A stretch of 64,000 bases of DNA from Callorhinchus milii (GCF_018977255.1 NW_024704743.1:46750001-46814000); one strand, 5' to 3'; shown: positions 12,132 through 24,897, numbered from the stretch's first letter. A program made the numbers and translations. The notes: generated from the sequence alone by a model not told the origin.

Positions 12132-13944
12132 CTAAAAACCAAAATAGACTCACATATACCGGCAGAAAGGATCAAAAACAAAAACAATACAGGCAACATT
12201 GGAATTTAACCCAAGCAAGAACAGACTGGACAGCCTACCTTAGATTATTAAAACTTAGACAGATTAATCTTTTAGCTCATCTTCAATTTGTCAAGACAGT
12301 GCATATTGCTGTGCGCAATTGACTGCTGCGTTTCGCCACAAAATATACAGTTAAATCACTTTATAGTATGTTCTGGGAAGCGCTTTGAGATGTCTCGACA
12401 ATGTGATAAGGCGCTGTATCCAATGGGACGATTGTAATAATGTCTAATTATTATTCATTCAGTTATACTGACATATTCTAGATTAAAAAAACACAAGTGA
12501 ATATCAAACCCTCGATTGTTAGCAATGTCTTAAATCATTTGAAAGATTCAACAGTGCAATATTATAGAAACAAGAAATCATGTGAATGAAGCTACTGTAT
12601 ATTCAAATGAGAAATTAAGCCAGCCACCAGTTGCAGGAGCTTTTTGAAGCTTAATTGTTTTTTTAATTAAACTGATCAAGCTGAAATCTGGGCTGAAGAT
12701 GCTGCTTCATCTGAAGCTCTCTAACACAACACAAGGTTCCTAACACAAGAAACAAGGGAACTGCAGTGATCATATAGAATTAGATTTTTGGAAGCCTTAT
12801 GACAAGGTTTGATTTTATGTAATTAATAGCTAAGGTAAGGAGGCAAAGAATATGGGGTAAATACTTGGGATAAATTATGGAAAATGTAAGGTGGCCGTAA
12901 TATTGACCCCCTAAGTGACATTGTTGTACATTTCAGGTCCCCACTAAACCACTAAAACCTGAAATCATAATCTTTCCAGGTTAACACTGCATCTGAATTC
13001 TTAAATTGTATTACATTGTTGAAGGTGAACTGACATGGAACCAATCCCATTGGCTATGTTTAAATTGGGTATCACTTCATCTCCAAATGGATTCCTTTTT
13101 TAAAAAAATCAGTATGAAATGCAAAACCATCTGGTCATACGGTTGCCACAGATGTTTCTTGCTGTGAGCTGCACAGGCAGAACCTCCAATGTTATTTCTT
13201 TCATGACGTTCCAGCTCATTCACAATTTTTAATTTATATCAAAGTCTATTTTCATTTGTAAAACTCTTCTGCTGGTAACTGATATTACTTGAACTAATAG
13301 GGAGATTTCCTGCTTATTTAGCCAGGTCTCCGAAAATATTATGTTGCGTATTAACAACCAACTCTCTGGGAAGAGAGGAAGCATATTCAATTTGCTCTTG
13401 AGCTCACAGATTCGCTACATTTACAATTCAGTTAGTGATTATCAGTGCTATCCATGATCAGTGGAACAATTGTCAGCAATCTTAACAGTCGCTTAAAAGG
13501 ATTCAGTGCTCAGAACAGAGAAAAACAATTCTGAGTTAGTTACAACATCTGGGAGAGTAGTTGTAGTCCGGTCTTAGAGATGTCTCAAATCTACTTAATT
13601 TGTTGTTTCGTATGATTTAAACTTAAAAATATTTCTTCGGATTTTCTTTGAAAGGATTCACTATAATGTGATGTTTCACACTTGTTTACCTTGATGTTTT
13701 TCGCAGCTTTAAGCAATGCTATTTTATCCGGAGTATATAAACTTTCCAAATAAATATGGTTTTAAGTGCTTCCCTACATAATTTGAAATTTCTGGCAAGT
13801 TGGAAATATTTACAGGTATTTCAGCCAAGTTTCCTTTTGGTTTGGCGCCACGATCAAGCCCCCGTACTGTTCACTACCACATCATTCTGAGATTTGGGGT
13901 TGGCCACTGCCAGAAAATTGAATCCAAAGCAGGCTACTTCTGAT

Positions 13945-14346
13945 TAATAAGAAGAATAATCCTTGCATTTGATACAGCGCCTTTTCACGTCTTCGAGATG
14001 TCTCAAAGCACTTCATAGGATACACTGTAAAGTGAAATGACTGTGTATTTTGTCGGTCAAACACGGCAGCCAATTGCATACAGCAATGTCTCACAAACAG
14101 TCGTGGATTGGGTGACTAAATTATTATTAATATTTTTGAAGGGATTATTATCCCCAGAAAAGCGATCCGCCGCCAATCGACTAACAACCGGGTTCCTACT
14201 TACTGCTAGGTAAACAGAGGCGTGTTTGTGTGTGTCTGTGCGTGTGGACTAAGGAAACTTGCGTAAGGTTTCGCCCTGCCTGGGAAGCAAACCCGGATCC
14301 TCTCGCTTGTGAGGCGAGTGCTCGAAACCCTGAGCTACAGTACTCC
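13945..14346 (-). mobile_element. SINE long form, full length, with an internal (GT)-rich expansion
   Basis: Head, central segment (TGTTTACCTAGCAGTAAGTAGGAACCCGGTTGTTAGTCGATTGGCG) and tail are all present. Confidence 0.88.
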
Positions 14347-16776
14347 ACACGTCCTCTCGCTTGCGAGGCTGGTGCTTGACGGAATTGTACATGGATACGA
14401 CTGGTCTTTGGGCTCATATGCTTATAGATGGCGATAAAGGGTCGAAGTCTGCGTACTGGGAGCTCGCTGAGAGTGCGGGCTGACTGCCAGTCTACACTCA
14501 GTTCAACAGATTTCCAATGTTTCATTTCAGGAAATCTCAACTCAGAGTAGTTTTGGATTGCTTGCTTAAAAGTATTATTGTATTACTTTAGTATTCCACT
14601 GTCGAGAAAGAAACTGTCAAATTCAAGTGGATTCAAAAACTATAAACTGTCTCAGAGCGCATGGGCTTGAAGTTTCAAAATGTAATCTGTTATCTCAAGT
14701 ATATACAGTAGCTAGTTATATATGGGTTTATTGCTATCGATGGAATTAAGAGTTTTCTTCAAATTATTTGACTTCTTAATTTTTTATTACCAAATTCAGC
14801 TCTTTGCTTTTTCTCCTGTAAGGTTGGGTCTGGTAATTTGTACAGGGCATAACAATTCTTTAACTGATCCTCCACACCTGCAACTAGCTCAAAGAAAGAC
14901 AAATGGATCTCACTACTTTACTTTTTTTTATATAGATGTGTGCTATAATCATTAAACCCAGTTTCAAGCACAATAAATAGAGATCACCAGGTTCCCAGTC
15001 AATGCAAAACCAGAGAGATCAGGTGAGCAATTTTGTATCAATTACAAAAAGCAAAAGCTTGAAAAGTATCCCTCTAAGTAAATGATGCACAATATTTATT
15101 TTTAATAATAATCCTTGCATTTGATATAGCGCTTTTCTGTGACTGATCATAAAGCTAGAATTTCTATATATGCTAAAATGAAAAAAAATGAAATCTATGT
15201 AACACAGGACTTCAAAAGCAGTGGTAACATGGTTAGCTATTGATAATTTAAAATAGCATGCATGAATTAGACATCCATAGAACATTGCAAGAACAGAGTA
15301 GACACAGTTGTTGAAAGTAGCCACAGGTGAAAGATGGTGGAGAAAGACAAGTGATTCAGAAGCATCATGTACAAACCATATACAAATGGATTTCTATGAT
15401 GCACCATTTGTAAATCTGTATAGGTGGAATAAGTATGCTTAATTATGTGAGTAACAAGGAATGAAAAGGGTTTATGATGCAAAACAGTCAATCTTTTGCT
15501 TGATGGTTACGTACTTAAATGCACCCAGAATCCCTTCTATGAACAACAATTAAGATATGGCATTTACGAGACTCCCTAGTCACATACAAATCAAAGGATT
15601 TTGATGCTACCCAAACAAACATTTATACAAAAGAAGCTGAAGATATTTGGCAAAAAGTGAATTTGCATTGTATATCCAAACAACAGGATCAGATAACAAA
15701 TCAAGCAGATCTGAGACCAACTCCGAAGCCACAAATAAGAAATATTTTAATAATAAATATTTGAGATAGCGCTTTTCATGTCTTCAAGATGTCTCAAAGC
15801 GCTTCACAGAATATACTGTGAAGTGAATTGACTGTATATTTGTGGGCGAAACGTGGCAGCCAATTGCACACAGCAGTGTCCCACAGACATTCGTGGATTG
15901 AGTGACCAAATTTTTTTTAAGGATTATTATCCCCAGAAAAGCGATCCGCCAATCGATTAACAACCGGGTTCCTGCTGGTAATTGAATCCAGGTTGCGCTA
16001 CGATTTAATTGAGGTTGCTGCAAATCGTGGCAAGAATATTTTGCCCTAAGAGCTTCAGAGTCCACTTAACTGTGAGCAGACCACTTCTACAGCACTTTTG
16101 GTCACTAGGGTGACTGTAGGCAAAATAATGGTAATACTGCAATTTTAAAACTATATAATCAATTTATATTAAGATTTCTCCAAAACTAAACTAAATATTG
16201 GAACATTCAAAAACACTTCAGAAATCGTTTTAGAATGTCAAAAGCAAATAGATAGAATTTGCAAATGACTACGCATAGGGTTCACAACTCATTACATTCA
16301 GAAGATTTCAATGTTCTGAAAAGATTTACTCCTTGTGTTCCAAATGATTGGTCTTTGCTTCCTCTGGAATGGAAATTCCACCAGATTTACATGAATTTCT
16401 TAGCATTTCAGGGTGTCCAGAATTTGGCAAATTCTTAAATGCAGCCTTAATTTTGAAGCCAGCCAGAATTAAAATAATTCTGTGAATTCTTTTAAGAGCT
16501 ACAAAATACTTGCTTCAAGGTAAGACTCTATTCAACATTTTGCCAACTTCTGCAAGCTGCGAAACACTACATAAACTGAGTAAATCTAATTCCAAATAGA
16601 ATTTCTCTGCATTGGTTACTGATTTAAAACAGACATACCTACACAGAGAGTGATTACAAACTGAAGCTCAAACTTTTAAAATACAATTAAATTCAATACA
16701 AAATAAAACACAGACTGAAATCCTCCTATTCTGAAAGAGTTAATGTTGCTTGTGCAAACTGTGGAGATTTTCATAC

Positions 16777-16969
16777 CTTTGTTCCATCGCACTAAAAAAC
16801 GTTTCAATCTTTTCTTCCTTCTCTTCTGTGGGAGGTGATGCACTGTCCAGTTCCTCCTGACTGCACTCCTCGATCTCATCTTCAGTAGTTGATGCAGACG
16901 GCTGGAGTTCAACATTCACCCCGGTCTCCTCAGTGGCCACATCTTCTGATTTGGAAAGATCCATTATCC
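16777..16969 (-). CDS. PLEKHA8: PLEKHA8 coding exon 8 (acidic linker, FFAT-like motif)
   Basis: tag|GG IMDLSKSED...EEKEEKIETFFSAMEQ AG|GTATGA; 193 nt; phases fit exons 7 and 9. Confidence 0.9.
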
Positions 16970-18337
16970 CTAAGGAAATAACAGGGAACAAAAACACAGA
17001 ATTAGACAAGACTGTTTAGAAATATAACAATTAGGACACTAGAATTAGCTAATAAATTTTCACCATTGAATGCCATTTGAATTAAGTATCCAATATATAT
17101 TTTTTTAATAGAAAAGGGGCACACAACAGAATTCTGATATTTCTATTATTTCTTTCTCACAGGTTATTGAGAATGCAGTAAAAATGAAACAAAAATGCTT
17201 GAAATATAGTGCAAGTCAATCAGTATCTGAAAGTGAAAAATAGGTTAACATTTCAGACTGGCCCTATATCAGGAATATCAAAGATAGTTTAACTTGTTTT
17301 TATTTGCTGTATTGGCTCTTATACACGTCTTCTCTTTACCGCAAATAACAAAGAAATCTCAACGTAAAATCTTGATAAGAGCACGTTCTCGTTGTTAAAC
17401 TGGTGTTGTATATTCTCTCGTGGCTGGTGGGTTTGCCACTGAATAGATATGATAGTCTCAGCCAAATGAATTAACAAAATACAAAAAACACCATTCAGAG
17501 ACTGAAGTAGAGGCTGTGTGCTGCATGGGCAGTTTCAGGATTGTGCAGTGCTGCAGTCGAACCATGCTCGCCTTATCAATTTGCATACAGTGATGGCCTG
17601 AAGTATAGTGCTCCTTTTCTTCAATCTCAGCTGACGAGAACAAAAGGGGATGTTTCAGAAGAAAATAGTAAGATACTGGACAATGTAATGTAAGCAAAGC
17701 CATTGCCCATTTGCTTGATTGCCTTTTTCAACACGCATTTAGATCTTTTTTTTATATATATATATATATAAAAAACAATTCAAGTATAGATTTGGTAGTC
17801 GGCGCAGCACGACGCATATGATGCATTTTTAAAATAAATCTTATAAAATCCACAAAACCAAATCTGAGGACATTTTACAAGTTAGAAGCTAATCGACGCA
17901 ATAACACTTTCATTTGCATAGTGCTTTTCATGTAGGGCAATGTCTCAAAGCACTATGCAAAAATCTGATTTAATTTCTGCAACAGAAATTGTCATTAAAT
18001 AATGCTGTAACAGATCAACTCCGAGGAACACAATATATTTTGTAAATTAAAATTAACTTGTTTTTTTAAAAAAAACTCAAGTGCATTTTTATTTCCTCTT
18101 TTAGGTAGACGTGGATCATTGAAGTATTTTACAATTAGCCAAGAGCAGCATTTCCATGTGGGCATTGAGACGTTCTCCTGACATGAAATGTAATTTGTTG
18201 CTGTTTATCATATATCCCCTTCAATAAGTTTTCCTCCATCATGCTGTCAATTGAGGAACACTACTCCAAGGCTTTGCTGTTTCTGCTCTATAACCAGAGT
18301 GACTCTGCAGCAACTTTGCTGTCTTAAATAGACTCAC

Positions 18338-18480
18338 CCTCTGTACCATTTTCTACACTCTCCCGTCTTGAAATTACTTCATGTTGATCATGGTTTTCAC
18401 TCAGTTCCCGTTTCCAAGTATTAACGTTGGCTTCTTCTATTGCTGACCCATTTTGACAATTGTTGTTTAGCTCTTTCCTC
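18338..18480 (-). CDS. PLEKHA8: PLEKHA8 coding exon 7 (linker)
   Basis: tag|G RKELNNNCQNGS...SVENGTE G|GTGAGT; 143 nt; open frame, resembles human QMELSTCENGS. Confidence 0.88.
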
Positions 18481-18853
18481 CTAAAACAAACAGTAAGATT
18501 ATTGCCTTAAATAAAAGCTGATGGTGATGAGGAAGGTGGGAGGGAAGATAGGGAAAAGGGAGTGATTTAAGTATATAGTTCTTCCCTTCATCAAAGTTAC
18601 ATAAATAAAGGATCACGTTTCAATGAAAGAAACTTTTAACAATCCATTTGTGGTTTGGGAGGAACACACATGTTGAATGATGATGTCACAAGTTATTTAC
18701 TAATATTTGTACAGTACGGTGGGTTTAGAAAGCTGCTAAGAGATTTTTCCAATACGACTCTTTAAAATATTTTCTTTCATTTATGCCCCAACCCTCACAC
18801 AGATATGTTATTAACTACAACTCCCCACGCCTGAAAATCATTACCACTATTAC

Positions 18854-18894
18854 CTTTCCACAGCACTGCAATTGGGCAGAGGAGGATGCTTAAC
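18854..18894 (-). CDS. PLEKHA8: PLEKHA8 coding exon 6
   Basis: tag|VKHPPLPNCSAVE AG|GTAATA; 41 nt; compare human MKHPIIPIHNSLER. Confidence 0.88.
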
Positions 18895-19834
18895 CTACAA
18901 AAGAAAACAGTCGAGAACAAAGTACAATGAATTCAAGGGTTTGAATAAATTGTCAAACACCAAAAAAGACTTCACATTGTGTGAGCTTTGCAGAAAGAAC
19001 AGGTATATTCATATATGTACTTATATGTTGGAATGAATGAAGCAACTTTACAATAATTATCATTAAACTAGCAACTGTTTTTCTTGTAAACAAACACAAC
19101 AGCCATTTTGTGCGCGACAAGGTTCCCCAAACAGCTGGAAGGTGAGTTACCTGGAAGACTGCTACCCACTGCTAATTTATTTACTACAATGTGGTAATTA
19201 CTCACTTCTCCACAAACCGTCTGCCTCAATGTGGCCTCTCAAGAGCATTTGCTCCTGAAAGATTTAATACCTAAATGATCCACATCAGCTTTTCTCCTGC
19301 GTAAGAATGACAATAGCAGCTTCAAACTGTGCCTTGGACTTGTCCCATTAAAAAGGAGGGTCACAATACACAAAATCCCGACACTAGGACCTGTCCAGTC
19401 AGTTTAGATCCAGTCCTAAACTTTTTTTAAAAAAATAAAGTTTGGTATTTTTTAAGGCAGAACATTTAATCAGATAAAACAAAATTTAAATGCAAATCAG
19501 GTACCCCTTTTTATGCAGTGGTTGATCAATTTGAAATACAGAGATACTAATATCGAGATACCAACAAAGACATCAAATCTGTTGCTGGATGCTGAATTTG
19601 CCCCACTGCTCATCATTTTCAATAAGTAGGCTAAGAGCAGACACCTACCTGACAGTAGAATACCATGTTTCAATACTCAACTCAGAAACATTGAAGAGAG
19701 AGTTTTCATCGAGTATCTTATATTAAGTTGCAATTGCTTATTTTATATAAATATGATATTCTTTGAAAAAAATGCTCAAATAGCCACAAATCATCAGAGG
19801 TTACAAATTAACTTAAGACAGGCAGAAAACCTAC

Positions 19835-19990
19835 CCGGTTTGGTTTCATGATAGCCATGTGCAGGGAGTCTAGGTGTGTGGGATACAACAGTTCAGGTCC
19901 AAAGGTAGTGTTTGAAATTTGCATGCACTCTTCCAATGTTTTCATGAAGGAGTTGCAAGTTGTTCTTAGAAGAGCTCCCATATCAATCTT
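19835..19990 (-). CDS. PLEKHA8: PLEKHA8 coding exon 5 (5' boundary 19990 or 19987)
   Basis: KIDMGALLRTTCNSFMKTLEECMQI...MAIMKPNR|GTAGGT; the acceptor is a tandem GAG/AAG. Confidence 0.9.
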
Positions 19991-20307
19991 CTCGCAGCAC
20001 ATACAATTACAGGGTACAAGGAAACATGGTCATCAGATTAAAATTTTACTGCAGTCAAAAGTCAGTTAGTGATAGGGGAAGTGTCACAATTGGCTTAGCC
20101 TGGCAAATTTGTTAACCAAACCCCAAGCCGATGCAATCAAACCACATAACCAGTCAGGAAAACACCTGCTATACCATGGAGATAAACCAGTAATAGATCA
20201 GCTATGGGTTATGCTAACAGCTTTGTGATGGATGAAGGAGAAAGAAATGTGGTGTGCACTGCCTCTGTATTCTCAGGCCAGGGTTTGGGAGGGAAAAAGA
20301 AACTTAA

Positions 20308-20740
20308 CCTACTATATCCTCACCTACAAGGCCATTCACGGCCTTGCTTCCTCCTACCTCTCTGACCTACTATCCCCCTACCTTCCTGCCCGTACCCTCC
20401 GTTCCTCTGGCTCCGGTCTGCTCCACATCCTCCGCCCCAACCGCCCTACCATCGGTGGCCGCGCTTTCAGCCTCTCAGCCCCCAGGCTCTGGAACTCTAA
20501 CCCCCAGTGCCTTCGGGGCCTCCTCCCTTTCCTCCTTCAAGGCCGGTCTCAAGACCTTTCTCTTCAACCGTGCCTTCAGCTCCCCTCTCGACTCTCTACC
20601 ACCTCCTCGCTCCCTCCCTTCCCTCCCCTCACGCTAACCATTTCCCCCGTTCGGGTCCCGATCCAACTGTCCAGTGCCTTGGGACGTCCTCTCGACGTGA
20701 AAGGCGCTCCATAAATGGAATCTTGTTGTTGTTGTTGCTC
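20308..20740 (+). mobile_element. L2-clade LINE 3' end with 3' UTR and (TTG)n tail
   Basis: Peptide ILTYKAIHGLASSYLSDLL...RTLRSS...GGRAFSLSAPRLWNS. Ends GGGACGTCCTCTCGACGTGAAAGGCGCTCCATAAATGGAATC(TTG)n. Confidence 0.9.
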
Positions 20741-21111
20741 TGTGAGCCAGGGGGAACTCGATGGCTGAATGGCCTAACACTCGCTGTAGATTTCTATGTT
20801 TCTATCTCCTTAACAATGACAACACATTTCATTTGTATAGCACCTTTCACATCAGGAGGACATCCCAAGGCGCTGGCCACAAATACAGAAAATATATTGA
20901 GCGTGTGTGTAGCGGGGGGGACAAAAAGAACAGAAGGCGGCAATTTGCAAACTAATTTGTTTGCAATATTGATTTATACTATTTGTGTGTGTTAATAGTT
21001 TTGGTGTATAAAGTTCACTTATATCCATAAGGGAATGGAAAAGAATCAAGTGCAGCCTGGTGGGTGAGGTAAGGTAGACATGTATAGCAATACTCCTTTC
21101 TAACTCTACAA

Positions 21112-21169
21112 AACTCTTTGATTTACGAAAATAATGAACCAACTCTTTGATTTTAGAAAATAATGAACC
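21112..21169. repeat. Tandem duplication of a 29-bp unit
   Basis: AACTCTTTGATTTACGAAAATAATGAACC followed directly by AACTCTTTGATTTTAGAAAATAATGAACC. Confidence 0.9.
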
Positions 21170-22956
21170 AAAAGCAGGTTCAAAGTCATGTAGATGACAT
21201 GACCTGGCAGACGCTGAGGCCTATTACTGTGCCTAATGTTACTAGCAGATGTTAAGCTCCAGGAAACAAGCCACAGTACAAATACCAGCACTCCTGGCTA
21301 TTAATAAAAGTAACAATATGTACAAAGCACATGTTGATGCAATTTGATAAAGCTGCTTGATTAAAAAAACATTAAATAAAAAACACCTTTCAATCTGCTC
21401 CAAATGCTTTGAATACATGCGAGGAGCAGTCTACCTTTAAACCCTGTAGTATACCCTTCATTCAAATGTTAAAATAATTTTAAGAAAACAGCTCTACCTG
21501 CATCCCAAAATATGCCTGCCATGCAAGCAATGTTTTCTACATCTTAAGAAAAAGTAATTTGCAGGTCTATGAGGAACAGACACAAATGGGATTGAATTGA
21601 TTTCTCTTTCAAAGAGCCAACACAGACATGATGAGTCAAATGATCTTCTCTGTGCTGTAAATTGCCATTGTACCAAAGGGTACCAGGCAGCCTCTGTATG
21701 GCACAGATAGTTGTGAAACTTTGGCAAGGAACCGTGTTCTCAGTGGCCACCTGACAGCTATCCAGGAGTGATGCCTCTAGATCCTTTGGATGGCAATATC
21801 TTGGCAAATGCTTAGATTTTCCAAAATTCTTTTGGGAATTTTGGGAACTCAGGTCGTCAGGAATGGTGATTGAGAAAGAAAACAGTCCCAGCCTCCATAG
21901 ACAAGTGTTGTAACAGGCACAGAAATACACAAGCTCTCACACCATATATGGTCTAAAAGGACAGGGCACAATGAGACATTTTGTAAAAGGAAACAGTAAA
22001 CAAACTCCAAAGCTCCCAGTTGATGTTTTCTCTAGTCCCTTTTTAACAAACCTATGGGAAAGTCCTCTTCGTATTTTAACCCTTTCCCAGCTCCACACAA
22101 AATACCATTAGATCTCATTTGTTGTGGCCAGAGACCCATTGTAATTAAATACCTGTGTTGATTATGGGGTAACACTGGACAAAGGTCCGGCACTTTGCCC
22201 TATGGATCAGAAGGCTGGTCACCCTAGCCAGTAACTTTGAGTGTGGTTGGAGGCAGATCACAAACCTCATCGGTTAATCACATAGAGTGTGTGACAGAAG
22301 CAAACAGCTTTAAATGAAATGTCATTCGTAAATTTTAAAGGTCACATTATAGTATATTACTCACTACTGACTTGCCTATTGTATTATTCATATAGAAAAA
22401 TAAATACTTTCACTGCGAGCCAGAGCACCACCCAACTGTATTTGATCATTAAGTTCCATTTCAACAATTTGGGGTCTATTTCGCAACAATGTGCAAATGA
22501 ATTAAAATAAAAGGGCACTAATTATGGAATTCATCAATAAATAGGTTTGATTATAAAGTTAACAAACAATTCCTGTCATTGGTTTATATTTCCACAGTTA
22601 TGGGCACCTGCAACTCTCAATGTACTTGTTTACAAATGACACATAATTCACAAGGTTCACACATGGCACATAACGGAACCCATTATTTACACAAATCCAA
22701 TGAATGTTGCATAACATGTGCCCGATAAAAGCCAATAACAATAATTCTTGTGTTTGATGCAACACCTTATGACATCAAAATATCTTAAAGCATTTTGCAG
22801 TAATTACTGTTAAGTGTAATAACTGTGTACAAATAGGGGAAATAGAAACAATAAAATGTCTTTACTGTCCGTTCTACAGAATTTACATTCTACACATCTA
22901 GAGATGGTACGAGAACTTCTGATGATGGATATGCACAATGCAATAGTAATAAGCAC

Positions 22957-23093
22957 CTCTGAACTGGTTGTATCTTTAGACTGATCCAGTTGTGTATTTT
23001 CTTTTAAGGTGTTCACTTGCTGGAGGAGAAGATCACAATATAATCTCAGTTCGGATATCTTCTTTTTCAAGCATTCTGTATTTTCACCTATTT
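22957..23093 (-). CDS. PLEKHA8: PLEKHA8 coding exon 4
   Basis: aag|AA (E)IGENTECLKKKISELRLYCDLLLQQV...TTSSE|GTGCTT; 137 nt. Confidence 0.92.
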
Positions 23094-23509
23094 CTTTAAA
23101 ACAAAGAAAAACATAATTTAATTAAAAGCAGAGGGGATAGAATAACATGTAGAAATGAAATGTTCCACGCCATGGGACTAGCCAATGTCAATAGCAAGGC
23201 AATTCTGCTGTGTAGATTGCAGGCTCAACTCCAAATATGCCAAGTGCTTTACAGGAAACTCTACCCATGGTACAAAGAAAGACTCAATTTCTCAAAGGTT
23301 ACCAGAGGATGACAAACCACCATCATCCATGAGGATGGGCAACTCATTCTAATCTCTGTTAATGCCATTCTTGAGCTTACAGTGCATAATTATCCAGAAC
23401 TTACTTCCCCTGCACAAGACTGCTGTGCCCTCCCTCATGGTGAGGACACTGGAACCCTGTAGCTCAGTGGATAGACAGAGCACTCACCTCGCATGCAAGA
23501 GGACCCGGT

Positions 23510-23960
23510 TTAGGGTGGGCGAGACGGGGGATGTGAAACAGGCCAGAGCCTGCTGAGCGGAGGGAGCGAGCAGGATGGTAGGGGGTTAGGAGGTCCCAAA
23601 GGTAGGGGGGAGCAAGGCCATGGAGGGCTTTGAAGGTGAGAACCAGGATCTTGAACTGTATCCTCTGTGGAAAGCCAGTGGAAATGGGCGAGGATGGGGG
23701 TGATGGGGTCGTGGAGAGAGGACACGGGCTGCAGAGTTCTGGATGATCTGCAGGCTGTGGAGGGAGTAGTTGGGGAGGCCGACAAGCAGGGAGTCTGCGT
23801 AATCAAGCCTGGATGTTATGAATGAGTGTATGAGGGTCTCGGCGGCCTGCGGTTCGAGTCAGTGGCGGAGCTGGGAGATGTTGCGGAGGTGGGGGATGGC
23901 AGAGCAGATCATGGCATGGATGTGAGTTGGAAAGGATAGTTGAGGGTCAAACAAGACTGG
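23510..23960 (-). mobile_element. L2-clade LINE ORF2 fragment, abutting a head-only SINE at about 23451-23508
   Basis: Degenerate ITPILAHFHWL...KILVLTFKALHGLAP; purine-rich on the plus strand like the other L2 copies. Confidence 0.8.
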
Positions 23961-24099
23961 CTTAGTAAGGTGGAGTATGCCAGAAGTCAATGGATATTAT
24001 TATTATTAAGTCTCAATGACATGATAAGACACCATATGAGATACAAGGATTATCATTACTGTTCTCTGATTGCACCTCTCCAATACAACCTCATTGTCA

Positions 24100-24485
24100 C
24101 TGTTAGAGCATGAGTTATGACTGAGCAATGATTAAAAAGCTGCGGCTCTTCAGTCTTGAAAAGAGACATCTCATAAGGGACCTCATATGAGGTATATAAG
24201 AGTCAAAATGAGATTGAGAAAGTAAACCCAGAATAATACTTCCACATAAACCAAGGCAGCAGAACAAGAAGGCACTGGTTTACTTTTGCACAGGGCAATT
24301 TCAGGACAGACCATAGGAAGCATTACTTTATATATGCCGATTGGAATTTTTATTAGGAATGGGGATCAATACCAGGAGGCTGGACTCTTAAGAAACAGTC
24401 TGATACTGCAGTAGGGTGGGAATTCTGAAAGGATGAGATCAAAAGTTGCTGAAGGGCCTACTTCATCCGACCCTCTCTTACGATC
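24100..24485 (+). mobile_element. Degenerate CR1 3' fragment
   Basis: Remnant LFSLEKR..L.RDL.EVYK...RTR.H motifs. Confidence 0.7.
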
Positions 24486-24579
24486 ATAGCCTTCTACTGT
24501 AAAATATCTTATATTGTAATGTTACGTGTCAAAAAGAAAATGCTATGGCTGTTCTGACGATGGATTAAGAAAAAACTAC

Positions 24580-24735
24580 CTTTCTCTCTCTTTGTCCTAC
24601 TATCCATTAGACAAGCCTTGGATGACCCCAAGGCAACAATCCATTTTTGTCTCTCAGCAGCATTAATCGCCTTCAGGTAGAAATGTTGCTCTCCTGGGAT
24701 GATCAGCTCCATTCTTGTGCTGTCACCGGTGTGTA
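24580..24735 (-). CDS. PLEKHA8: PLEKHA8 coding exon 3 (PH domain)
   Basis: cag|TA (V)[56 protein letters not shown]; 156 nt. Confidence 0.97.
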
Positions 24736-24897
24736 CTGTAAGGCAAAGAAATCAGTTATATCACAGGAAGATGCCATGATGAAGGGGATTCACAAGGACC
24801 TTTTAGCTACATAAGTAGAAACTCCAATCAAACAGACAACAATAAATTGAACATTGAAAATGGGGTTCAAAGCACGTGAGTCACAAAGAGGTCGATT

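Noticed and set aside
14349..14510. CpG-containing fragment next to a re-duplicated piece of SINE head
   Set aside because: Only a weak hint of inverted symmetry and no recognisable family; it cannot be supported as a feature.
17490..17630. Possible extra cassette exon (AEIEEKEHYTSG...) after a strong pyrimidine tract and CAG
   Set aside because: No convincing phase-1 donor to rejoin exon 8, and exons 7 and 8 already join in frame. Needs RNA data.
19990..22957. U12-type intron hypothesis for PLEKHA8 intron 4 (TTCCTTGTAC resembles the U12 branch site)
   Set aside because: The donor is GTGCTT, not RTATCCTT.
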